Shown: positions 12,800 through 23,306 of the stretch, piece after piece
How the letters are laid out: each line of letters starts with the position of its first letter
Position numbering within the stretch: the first letter of the stretch is position 1
NCBI GenBank assembly: GCA_030704615.1
Contig: CM060732.1
Location: forward strand, 59,148,001 to 59,212,000
DNA: 64,000 nt
DNA from: Takakia lepidozioides
Lineage: Eukaryota > Plantae > Bryophyta
Direction of reading: 5' to 3'
Program-made: the position numbers and the translations under genes
Notes under the pieces: generated by a model
Database searches by the model: none
What the model was told of the DNA's origin: nothing
The model's input: only the letters and a program-made list of their open reading frames with translations

Positions 12800-13667
12800 A
12801 CTAGGGTTACACAATCCATAGAATCAGTGACTGGTGGACGCAGGATAACTTCAGGGAAATGGCTGGCGGAAGAAAGGACGGAAGCCAGTTTAGAAAGGGA
12901 CACGTGGAAGTCAGGGCGCAACACACAGCTGAGAAGGAAGTGCAAGAACAGGTGTCATCAAGAAAGAGGACAAGAATGGCCGTAAAAAATACCTACTTAG
13001 CACGTCAATTCGGATGAATGGCGGGCCCATTAATGAATACGGAAAAAGGGCAACAGAACAAACGGCAAGTACAGAAAAACGAAATTCTTGTCACATGTGT
13101 TATCCTAGTGGACAGTCCAGCAGAGAAAGTCCACTAAAGAAAATTAAATCTAAAATCCAGTCACAGCGGTTACAGCCAATCGAAAGCCAGAAAAGGAATC
13201 AAGAAATTGAAGGGAATTTAAGCGCAAGAGTCGGCGTCGTTCTAAGTAACGGGCGTCTCGACGGGACAAACCATCAATGCTATAGCTTTGAAGCTATGGA
13301 GGAACTAACAAACTATACGCTCGCAATATTACTCACGCAGTGGCATAGGGACGGAAGAACAGAGCGAATTTTTTCTCTTAATCGATGCTTGCAAGCCCCG
13401 CAGGCTTACAAGAAATTACCCATAGCTTTTTGTGGCAACCATACGTTTATGCTTTGTGCCCTGCAGGCATTTCTTCAATTGTTACAGCCAAAACCTTTCT
13501 GTGGGTCTAGAATGAAGAGAGTGAGAGGAATGGAAGAAATCAGGGTGAAGAGCACCACAATCCTGCAAAAACAAACAATTGCTACTCCACAGGCGGTACA
13601 GTTACTGAAGGAGCTGCGATTGGAAGGATTGCAAAGCAAAGATTGGACATTGCACCATAGATAGTAC

Positions 13668-16600
13668 ATGTTACAATTCTTGCAGAACTTTGAGCCTAGG
13701 ACAGGAGCAACAACGGTGAAGGGAGTTGAATTAGAAATTACTCCCCTATACCTACAGCAATTGTTTCAATTGCCAGCAGGTCAGGTGCATGTGGAAGAGC
13801 ACAGGGTAAGACTGCAAATAGGGGACTTATTCCAAGAAGGGAGTTTCTTTAAAACTCAGGGTTATGCTTGTACCAAGGCCGTGTACCCAGGGCTAAGGGA
13901 GGTAGGCCAGGTATTGAACGTTCTGTTTGCCATGAAACAGAACCAACAGTATTTGAGCAGATCCTTCACAGAGGAAATACTCAAAGCCCTGAGAGGAGAA
14001 GAGGTAGAATGGGCGGACATAATGTACAACGCACTGATAGAGGAGATGAAAAGATTACAGGGCACTGCCGCAAAGTCTCCTATTATAGTGTCTGGCCCAA
14101 TCATTGCTCAAATAATTCTTGATTCTGGCATACTTGATGCTCGAGAAAGAAAGGAGATGGGAGTGTTTGAGACTGAAACCACTGCAATGGAAGAGCAAGG
14201 CTCTTCACACAGTGAGGGTGGACTGGCAGGGCAACCCCAGACTAAGAGACAGAGGCGGGGAAAGACTGTAGTGGCGGATCCACTAGCTTCACGGAAACCG
14301 CATGATAATGTTTCCCAAGCTCTTGTACAGGAAGGGGCACAGCAGCATAGAGAACTGCTATTATTGGAAGGAGGACCTTCCGAGAGGGAAGAGGAAGTTA
14401 CTTCAGTATCACAGCCATCACAGCCAGATAATTGGCTTGTCACAAAGTTACCACAAGTTGTCCATGCAGTTCCACCAGAAATAATTGATTTGGAGAAAGA
14501 AGGGTTAGACATTCCCACTACAGAACAGGTGGTGGCAGAAATTGAGAAGGGAGACCTTCTCTATGAATATTCTGGTCTGGTCAAGGACACAGTGATTCCG
14601 GAGGTGCAACAGTTGTACAGGGGAAACCTTGCGGTGCATATAATACACAAACCTGTGACGGAGGTACCACAGGTAGAATGTCAAGACACTGCAGCACCGG
14701 TGACGGATGAAGCGGTTCAGGAAGAAAATCTGGTGGGGCAATGGCCTGAGTGGTTCGTGAGGCATCACACTGTTGAGGATCAGGGAGAACAGCAGCAAGC
14801 TCACCATGATGACCCTCAACAGGCCATGCTTATGAGTTCCATAAGCAGGACACTTAATTTGTTGGGGACTTATGTCAAATCCCATGTTCCAACTACCCAA
14901 TTGGCAGCTTTGAGGGAGGAACTCAGGAAGGAGTTTGAGGCTCGACTTGCCACTGAGTGTGCAAACAAGGTTGATGAAGAGGTCACTCTCAAGATGCAGC
15001 AAGACTTGGAGAGTACAGAAGCGGCTTTGCAATTGGCCAAGGAACAATTGATTGAGGCAGGCCTCGCGCAAGACCAGTTGCACGAAGCACATAAGCAACA
15101 GCTATACCAAATGCAAGTGAAGCATGAAAGCAAGTTGCAAGAAGTGAATGCACTACATACGGAGTTGCAGACAGTGCATGACAGGATGGCCATACAATGC
15201 GCTACACTCACAATTATGCTTGACCAAGCTACAATAGAAATAAACAGTCAAGCGGAAAGATGTACGAAGGCAGAGACAGAGAATGTTGAGCAATTGAAAC
15301 TCATTGTCGATATGAAGAATACAATCTGTCGCAATGAGAATACTTTCAAACAATACAGGCAGGTTGAAGCTGACCAAGAGAGGTACATCCTGGAGTTGCA
15401 ACAAACGCTCATGGTAAATAGAAATGAACTCTCTGTGGCTAACAAGGCTTGGAAGGAAGCCAATAATCTAGCTGCTGCCTATGCGAGTTTGGTTGAACCT
15501 CATGCGAAGCGCATGGAGGCTTTACAGCAGCAGATAGATGTGTACAGGCTCACAGAGGAGAAAACTCTAAGGGGTGCCACAAGCAACTTGGTGGATAACC
15601 ACCTTATGCAGGTCTGGTTAACACAAGGGCCGATAGAGGGCAAAGCACCAAGAAAGCTCACCCAAAGCGAGATGAATGAGCTCAGAGTGCAAGTGCAGAA
15701 CATTGCCACAACTACTATAGACAATGTCTATAGTAGGATAGCAGAGTTACAGGAGGATGTAGACGGCCTGCAGACTCAAGTGGAGGACCTCACTTCAAAT
15801 ATCGACAAAAGAGTCTGTATACCTGAGGAACAGCTAATGGCTTCTTATTTACAAGCGAGAACTTTGGCTTTTCAGTCTTCTTCACAGGGGGTGCAGGAGA
15901 TGCCAATGGTACAAGAGCCAGTGCCACCAACACCACAACAAGTCATTGTGCCAGTAGCTGACCTTGTTGTTACTACAGCCACACCACAGCCACCACAGCC
16001 TGAGGTATGGGGGAATGCTGCTTTTAACCCACCTAAAACTCCAGCTGCAAGGGAGTACAGTCGGGCTATGATTATGCCCTTCAACCAAATTCCCATTGTG
16101 TTGGATTTGGCTTGGAAAGAATTTAGTCCTCCGCAGTCATTGGCACATTACTATCAAATCATGCGCATTTGGCTGCCAGTGGCCACTAGGACTAAAGTTC
16201 TTCCGAACAATCGACCAATTGAGGATCATCACTTTGCGCAGTACTGGCATGAGGCAAGTACCATGTTGAAGGAATTAATTGTCTTCCAAGTTGTACATGG
16301 ATTCATTTATACCAAGACCAAAGAGATAGCAAGTATTGTCATGGGCTGCGGGTTATACTACGCTGCTTGTTTTCTGGTACGTTATCACATTGAGCAACAG
16401 AAGATGCAAACGCGCTTTCTGAATTATTCCAGTGGGGATCATTGGGTCTTCCCTTCAGTGCCACCTCATATGTACCTATATGAGGCAAAAGTTATGATGC
16501 AAAAGGATTCTCAGATTCGTTCATGGTTTCATGCGGCCTGGAACAATTTGTCAACACAGAAATTCGGGCCTGACGATATTTTCTTTAAGGGACATGAGAC

Positions 16601-17069
16601 ATGGAAATATTTGCACAATTCACAAGTCATTGGTACACCACTCACCTGGACAGACAAGGAGCTCAGGGTCTTCACCAATTTTGCAATTCAGCGCTTACAA
16701 CAAGTTTTACAATTTAAACTTCCAGACATGGTGGGACAACATTGTATGCCCCAGAGAATTCCAGTTAAAGTTCGACAGTTAAAACACCTCAGGGGGGACG
16801 AGGATTCTGATACAACTGTTTCTTCAGCGGACTCTTTTGACATGGCAGAGGACTATGCAATTCAGATGGCAGAGAAGAAGAGACGGGGGTCTCCTATGCC
16901 TGAAAGATTACCTCGATATCAGCCTCCAGAGGGACTGACATATCCAGGTAGTGTTCAATCATCTCCCTCAACCAGTGACAGAACACGGGCTCGCACACGG
17001 AGTCCTTCACGAGACTCTAATCGTCAGAAGGGTGCTCGCTCACAAAGGGTTACAAATCCCAAACAGTAA
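13668..17069 (+). CDS. Accessory 3' ORF of A (1133 aa), env-position; Athila-ORF/plant-transposon-like N-terminus, long coiled coil, basic SR-rich tail
   Basis: Uninterrupted ORF between pol and PPT. In frame with ATG 13512 across one TAG (13662). The N-terminal pattern FLQNF..TVKGVELEITP..LFQLP..VEWADIMY resembles 3' ORFs of plant retroelements. Confidence 0.8.
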   Translation: MLQFLQNFEPRTGATTVKGVELEITPLYLQQLFQLPAGQVHVEEHRVRLQIGDLFQEGSFFKTQGYACTKAVYPGLREVGQVLNVLFAMKQNQQYLSRSFTEEILKALRGEEVEWADIMYNALIEEMKRLQGTAAKSPIIVSGPIIAQIILDSGILDARERKEMGVFETETTAMEEQGSSHSEGGLAGQPQTKRQRRGKTVVADPLASRKPHDNVSQALVQEGAQQHRELLLLEGGPSEREEEVTSVSQPSQPDNWLVTKLPQVVHAVPPEIIDLEKEGLDIPTTEQVVAEIEKGDLLYEYSGLVKDTVIPEVQQLYRGNLAVHIIHKPVTEVPQVECQDTAAPVTDEAVQEENLVGQWPEWFVRHHTVEDQGEQQQAHHDDPQQAMLMSSISRTLNLLGTYVKSHVPTTQLAALREELRKEFEARLATECANKVDEEVTLKMQQDLESTEAALQLAKEQLIEAGLAQDQLHEAHKQQLYQMQVKHESKLQEVNALHTELQTVHDRMAIQCATLTIMLDQATIEINSQAERCTKAETENVEQLKLIVDMKNTICRNENTFKQYRQVEADQERYILELQQTLMVNRNELSVANKAWKEANNLAAAYASLVEPHAKRMEALQQQIDVYRLTEEKTLRGATSNLVDNHLMQVWLTQGPIEGKAPRKLTQSEMNELRVQVQNIATTTIDNVYSRIAELQEDVDGLQTQVEDLTSNIDKRVCIPEEQLMASYLQARTLAFQSSSQGVQEMPMVQEPVPPTPQQVIVPVADLVVTTATPQPPQPEVWGNAAFNPPKTPAAREYSRAMIMPFNQIPIVLDLAWKEFSPPQSLAHYYQIMRIWLPVATRTKVLPNNRPIEDHHFAQYWHEASTMLKELIVFQVVHGFIYTKTKEIASIVMGCGLYYAACFLVRYHIEQQKMQTRFLNYSSGDHWVFPSVPPHMYLYEAKVMMQKDSQIRSWFHAAWNNLSTQKFGPDDIFFKGHETWKYLHNSQVIGTPLTWTDKELRVFTNFAIQRLQQVLQFKLPDMVGQHCMPQRIPVKVRQLKHLRGDEDSDTTVSSADSFDMAEDYAIQMAEKKRRGSPMPERLPRYQPPEGLTYPGSVQSSPSTSDRTRARTRSPSRDSNRQKGARSQRVTNPKQ

Positions 17070-17090
17070 ACCGTGAGGACACGGCTTTTT

Positions 17091-17104
17091 GAGAGGGGAA
17101 GGGG
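17091..17104 (+). promoter_or_regulatory. Polypurine tract of A
   Basis: GAGAGGGGAAGGGG just before the 3' LTR. Confidence 0.9.
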
Positions 17105-17107
17105 TAA

Positions 17108-18062
17108 TGTTAGAGGACGGTCTGGGACTTAGGCACTTTTACGGGATCTGTGGGGTACCCTTAATTTTTGCACAGACTGAGACCAACAGGAGCCTTAGGG
17201 GTGACAGCAACGCACTTTAGGGGGGGGTTACACAGCCCGTCACAGTCTGACACAGCCCGTCACAGCCAACACAGCTCGTCACAGTCCAACACAGCCCGTC
17301 ACAGTCCGACACAGCCCGTCACAGCCAACACAACTCGTCACAGTCCAACACAGCCCGTCACAGTCCGACACAGCCGACACAGCCAGACACAGCCGTCACA
17401 GCCAGTCACAGCTGTCACGACCATAGGGAACGGATAGCAGGACAGGGAACGACTGTGGGGAACAACATTTGCGAATGGAACATGTTAGTTCACAGATGAC
17501 GGTTAGTGAGGGAAACGGTTAGAACAACGGGTAGGAAGATAAAGCCAGGAGCAAGGACTGGAAAAGGATCACTTCTTGGGGGGACTTCGGACATCACTGG
17601 GAGGAAATGAGGCAGAGAGGCATCTCTGAGCAGAAAGAGGGAGAGCACGGAGTAGGAGGAGGACGATCTGTTGATGCTTGATGAATGCAGGCAGTAGAGT
17701 TGTAATGTAGAGCAGATTAGAGACTCCATGGCTTCAGCCTGATACTTGATAGATATTAATCTGATACATACTTCATACTCACACTGTGTAGAGAGATCTG
17801 AGTGAAGCTGTGGAATGAATGGATGAGTTGATGGAATCCGATAGATTGCTGAAGCAAACTGATACTTAATTACCAACAGTAAGGTAACTAGCTAACATGA
17901 ATGCGGGAAGGAAAACAAATAGGAAACACCCCCATGATACACTAGCTGTAGGTCATGACTGATTGTTCTGAGTGGGCTGAGTGCTTAGAGATTCCCAACT
18001 CTTCTATCTTGGAGTTTCCGCCTCGGATAGCGAAGGGATGGGTGAGTAAAAGCCGCGCGACA
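17108..18062 (+). repeat. 3' LTR of element A (955 bp)
   Basis: About a dozen substitutions by eye versus the 5' LTR, plus minisatellite copy-number difference. Confidence 0.95.
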
Positions 18063-18123
18063 GGCTTGAGGAGAGAATATACTCAAAAAAATATGCTTGC
18101 TCTAACGTTTTGACTAGAGTTAC

Positions 18124-18903
18124 CTCCTTGTTATCAAACAGGGCAACTGCACGGATGCAACTCTCATCAGCCAAGGATTCAGTATCCCCACAAGTATCTA
18201 ACAGGACATGCAGTGCACAGAAGGATGATGGCAAATTATCAAGCCTGACCGAAAAAATGAACTCTTTGCGAGCACCCCCAATGCAGCTTGGTTGTGTGTC
18301 ACACACATTTAACTCAAAGTCCACAATCTCCTCCTCGGCACAATCCAGTTGTTCTGCTAGCACCTGAATGAATGCCACTGTGTTAGAGAAATGACACAAA
18401 AATTGGAGGGCAGTAGAAGCGGGTAAAACATAGAATGTACTCATAAGATGGCCTTTGTCGTGGCCGTGTGGCCCCAGTTTGGGTGGAACAAGAGGGAACA
18501 AACACTACCTTTGTGAGGGTTTCACTCCAGTAGTGGGACTTACCTTGATATGAACAATTTGTTCAGGCTTTCCACTCTAGAATGCCCTCATCAATCTGCT
18601 GCGTGTGATCTGCCCATCAATTAGACCCCAACAGAGTCAGGGCTTTAGGCTCAGTCTCAAGATTTTGAAAGATGGTGAACAGAGGTGCAGGGACTATGTT
18701 CTTGAATATAGCCTGATGACGGTCGCTCTTTGATGAGAATACCCTGTACATTGTGTCAGAAAATGGATAGTGTCTTAAGGCCGCCCGCACATTGACAATC
18801 TCCCTTTCCTCTCTGCATCTGTTTTTTTGTTCGAAGTTAGACTCCCCACCCTCAGTCAAAAGAGAGAGAGAGAATGTACTCATAAGACGTTGATTGCCGT
18901 AGT

Positions 18904-18979
<76 letters not shown>

Positions 18980-19741
18980 TTGCAGCAGAAGTGAATGATG
19001 AGCCTTGTTCATTGTGTAAAGGGCACCATTGCCACCCTCAGTGTGGCCAGACAACTCGGACTTGATTTTGGTTGCCAATACTGGTGCTAAATGTGTCTCC
19101 AAATTTGGCTTGAACCCATCAGTATTTACAGTCCTGTATCATGGGTCAACCAAGAAATATGAGAGCTGGTCATGCAGTTTCACCCTCCAACTTATGAATA
19201 TATCCCCATAATCATCTTAATGCAGGCTGCTTGAGTGTTGATTAAGGGTTAGCCTTGAATGTCGTACTAAAAGAAATGAGTTTATTCTGGCACAACTTTT
19301 GAAGCTCTCGGCCTAAGATGGATATGTCCTCCATGTGGGACATGAGATCTAAAGGGAAACTAATTAACCTTGGCTTGCCCAAGCCTTCCAACCATAGATC
19401 TTGCACTGGTTTGAATCAAGTGGGATGTGACAGGTAACGAGTGAAAATGAGAGATTGGGAAAGTAAGGACCTGTCAAGGTGGATGGCCAAGGTAGGGATG
19501 TGCAGGATAGGATGCTCCACCTTCACAAGCTCGTGCATAATACCCTTTCCTTTTCTCAAAGAGGACACGCCCCACCACAAAGAGGTCACGATCAAACCAA
19601 GTGTACCACAACCCACCCCCATATGTCTGACCTCCCACATTCAAAAAACCTGCTTTGGTTGAAGCTGACACTGGCTTCAGCTTTGGACAAGGGCTGTCCG
19701 TATGTGCCGCAATCACATGAAAGCCATTTCCTGCTTGATAT
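18124..19741 (-). pseudogene. Aspartyl aminopeptidase (peptidase M18) gene fragment, 3 exons
   Basis: Exons 19741-19471 (IAAHTDSPCPKLKP, TWFDRDL, IPTLAIHLDR; frameshift), 19133-18980 and 18363-18124 (DTQPS, RLDNL, ALFDNKE), all with GT-AG borders. The catalytic EE pair is altered. N- and C-terminal exons were not found. Confidence 0.9.
18908..18976. repeat. (GA)n microsatellite followed by a poly-G run, intronic
   Basis: Seen directly. Confidence 0.95.
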
Positions 19742-20374
19742 CTGCTTGGTGCATCACACAATCCTCATTGATCTACATATGCCATTCACCAGTCACACAA
19801 ACATAAATTGATAGGGGCCCGACCAGCTGAGAATCTTAAGAGGTGTGGAGGGAAAAATGTGCTCCTTGGCGGTTCCCTATTTGTAGTAGCTGTGACAAAT
19901 CCTTGACAGCATGAGCTACACAGACACCCACATTTACTAAGCTGCTTGTGGGTACAAGATCCACCAGAGTATGAAAACTCAATGTAATTTGTTGCTAATA
20001 AAATTGTAGTTGGAGGGACTAGGTGTTGATGAACGGTTGGCACTGACATCATAATCAAGAGCATAAAGTTGTTTCGACCACTATTACTGTAGGCCCCTCC
20101 CTTACTGCACCAAGGTCACACGGTAGAAAGTAAAGGCAGAAAACAGTGAAAGAGATGAACAATAACAAAAAGCTTGAAATAATTGAAATGGATGTCCAAT
20201 TTCACACCATATCAAGAAGACGCCCCTTTGCTTCCTGCTATTGATCAAAATTGGGGACGGTACTATCCAAAGTGCTCTTATCATAGCAATAAGGCATATA
20301 CAAAGCAGAGCCCATTATTCATTGCAGTATTCAGCATGAATATATGTACCAGCAGAAACACTGGCACCCTGTTT

Positions 20375-21250
20375 TCACCTATTGGTGCAAACCAAACTGT
20401 CTCGCCATGCCCACTCAATAGGTTCCCCATTGTGACGACGTGTAACTTGGGCATTGTGCAACACTCTTTCAAGAGAGTGCCAAGATCTTGTGCTGATGAT
20501 TCGAGAGGGCTTGTACCGCTTGAGGATGCCAGTCCGTCGGCCAACAACCTCCAGCATGCCTAAATCCACCTCACCAACAAAATAATCCTGCTCCACAAAT
20601 GGCCCTGCTACAATTTCTCTCCTCATACTCTCTTCTTCAGCTGGAGAGACTATTGTGAACCTGGGTCCAGACACACTCCTCACCACAGCCGCCGAGAACG
20701 ATTGGGAACCACTATTCCTGACCATCACTATATCCCCTGTTTCGGGGTAAGGAGGGCAGCGGCCGGGCATTCCTGGTTGGCACAGATGCTCCCGGGGTGA
20801 AATATCCTCCAACTCATATGCAACAATATGCCCCCTATTTTGCACTACTATAGGGAGTGGGATGAATTTGTGCATTAGGAGGTGCGTGGGTCTGATGTCA
20901 TTACCAGGCCACCTCTGTGGACATGGTTGCAAGACAACCATACTAGTACGGCTGTCCTTGAGAGCCACAGCAGATGATGACGACGACATTGCTATATTGT
21001 AGTACTCACCTTGGAAGAAAACCCTCTTGTCACCATAGAATTCGTGAATGAAGAATCGGGTGATCTTTGCCTTCCATGTCCATGAGTGGCCTTCATAAGC
21101 CTCATCAGGCTCAACAACCACTGAATCACCAACTCGATATTCCTTCCCATTGAGCATCAGAAATGTGAATCCTTGCACTGAACTTTGAAAGAGTAGCGAG
21201 TTCTCATTAGACATAATGCCAAGGCTGCTCCAGAATTGCCGCAAGTACAA
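20375..21250 (-). pseudogene. C-terminal part of the CACTA-type transposase locus (BAH-like segment)
   Basis: NGKEYRVGDSVVV..WKAKITRFF pattern; same strand as, and separated by element C from, the core at 39123-41999. Confidence 0.55.
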
Positions 21251-21255
21251 ACTCG

Positions 21256-23286
21256 TGTTTTCCAGGATTGGTGTTGGAAGTGCTTTCTTTCGTGGCCTGG
21301 CCCTATGATCACGGCGCCAACAGTGTTGGCGTGATCTTTTCTGTGATGCAAGCAGCCCAATGGCAGCGGTAAACAGGACCCTTTGTGTGAAGCCCCCTTG
21401 AGCAGTGACACGTCGGAAATCCCCTTTTGTAATGGTGACACAGATTTAGGAGAAGGCAGCTCAGGTCTTCTTGAACTGCAGAGGCACTGATTTCATTCAG
21501 GGTTCAGGTTTTCTTCATCTCATCTCCCCAAATTGGCCATCCCCCCCATCAGCCCTTTTGCTGAACAGCTCTCTCATTTCCCAAATCCCCTTTTCTCTCT
21601 CTCTCTCTCTCTTCCCTTTTTCGTCTGTTTCTCTATCTCTGTCTATGTCTACAGGCTCCTCACTTCTTCACAGCAGCACATCTATCATGTAATGCAAATG
21701 CACACTCTGCCAAGCATCCAGTGCAGCCAGTCTTGAAGTCATCCTCGGTCTCTCAAGACACAACCATCCTCTTCATCAGTCTCTCTCTCCCTCTCTCCCT
21801 CTTGTCCCTTTCTTCTCTGTTTCTCTCTCTCTCTCTCTGTCAATGTTCAGCCCTTCACACTACCTTTTTCCAAAGAACCCATTGCCCAAACAGCTCTCAT
21901 CCCTTCTTCAGGTTTCAACCAAATACCCCAACACCCCTCTTTTCCCTTCAACTGTGTCACGCAATTGTTCATATCCTGACACCATACTTAGATCACCTTA
22001 TCCTTTCTATGTTTTCAACAGTTCCAGCTAACCCTCATTTGATCTCTCCAGGCAAACAAGCTAGATTTACATTGGTTTCAGTGCATCACTACCCACGGCA
22101 GCATTGTGTGCAGGTTTATAACACTGAAACAAGATTCAAGAATGAAGACAACAGTGACCATTCTGATTTCAGTGACAAACAATCTCTCTCTCTCTCTCTT
22201 CACTCATTTCTCTTACTAACACCACAACATCAGGTGCATCCATCCTTTCCATGTTCTGGTTTGAAGTCCAGAGTCTCCATTCCATTTCCAAAAATCTTTT
22301 CCTCTATCACATGTCTCCACCATTTCTCTTCTACCAAGATGCAGTCCTAAATCTACCAAAAGCAATTTCTAAGTTTCAACAAAAAAAGGCCAACAGTCCA
22401 CAGACTTATCTGTTTTTATCCTCTAGTGAAGCGGTGGGTCTGCCTGTCAAGGTGGCACCTCGCCATCGCCTGTCAGCAGCCACTTCAACCTTTTCTCCTT
22501 GTCTTGATTCCAGTCTTTATCATGCCATGATGGCTCCTCTTCATCCCTTGGAACATCCTGTGGCTTGCCCACTAAATTGCTCTATGCAATTCCTTCTTAC
22601 GAATCGACCTGGTCCTATAACAAGAAGACACAAAAGTAGCTAGAAGCTTGATGACAGAGAACGTGAGATGCCATACAGCCAGCACTCCACATGTTTTATC
22701 CCCCCCATTGATTGTGCCCAGACTCTCTTCCTTGTGCTTCCAGCAGCTGGCCGTTTTCCTTGCTTGCTCATCTGCCCATAACTGTCATCTTCAAGGCAAT
22801 GGCGGCAGCGGTGGTGCGCCGCTCTCCTTACATGCTCCTATCTCCTGGAATTGATCATCACTCCGAGAGAGGCGGCACCGCTTCCCTTTACACAGAATAC
22901 CAAGCAGAGGCACTTAATGCCGCTTCCTAAACCAAGCAAAATCCCACAGCGTAGGTACAACCTCCCAACAACAGGCTGCCCTGCCAACACCACTGCTCGC
23001 AGCAGCTGCTACGAGTCACCCGTCATCTTCCTCTTTGTTTTTCTCAACCCGTGATTTTAGGTTAAGCACCAGTGATGAAAACGTTCATCGCATGGATGAA
23101 AATACGCACTGTCATGACTTAGCCATTTTTTCTCCTGGCAAAGCATAAGCTCAGTGTGCCCATGAAATTATCTGCATGCAGGGATACATCCCTCCTGTAG
23201 TTGGGATAACGGGCACTCCTATTATGTGATGTAGGTCTTAACGGTAAAACAAAGATGTAATGTCACTCCCCTGCATTCACACTACA
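21256..23286 (-). repeat. 3' LTR of element C (~2.0 kb)
   Basis: Begins TGTAGTGTG (minus strand) after the PPT; 1.3 kb is shared with 37834-39122; putative CA end at 21256. Confidence 0.7.
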
Positions 23287-23306
23287 TATGTAGTGTGTCC
23301 CCCTTT

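Larger units (their letters stand above)
4853..18062 (+). mobile_element. Element A: full-length Ty3/Gypsy LTR retrotransposon (non-chromovirus, Athila/Tat-related RT, no aRH), 13.2 kb, with extra 5' and 3' ORFs
   Basis: TG...CA LTRs; TSD GGCTT at 4848-4852 and 18063-18067; PBS and PPT; gag-PR-RT-RH-INT order; empty site seen at 61774-61778. Confidence 0.97.

Noticed and set aside
13668-17069. Calling the 3' ORF a true envelope glycoprotein
   Set aside because: No signal peptide and no clear C-terminal transmembrane anchor; position alone is insufficient.
21721-23054. Plus-strand ORFs in the LTR of C
   Set aside because: Low-complexity CT-rich sequence; repeated only because the LTR is repeated.
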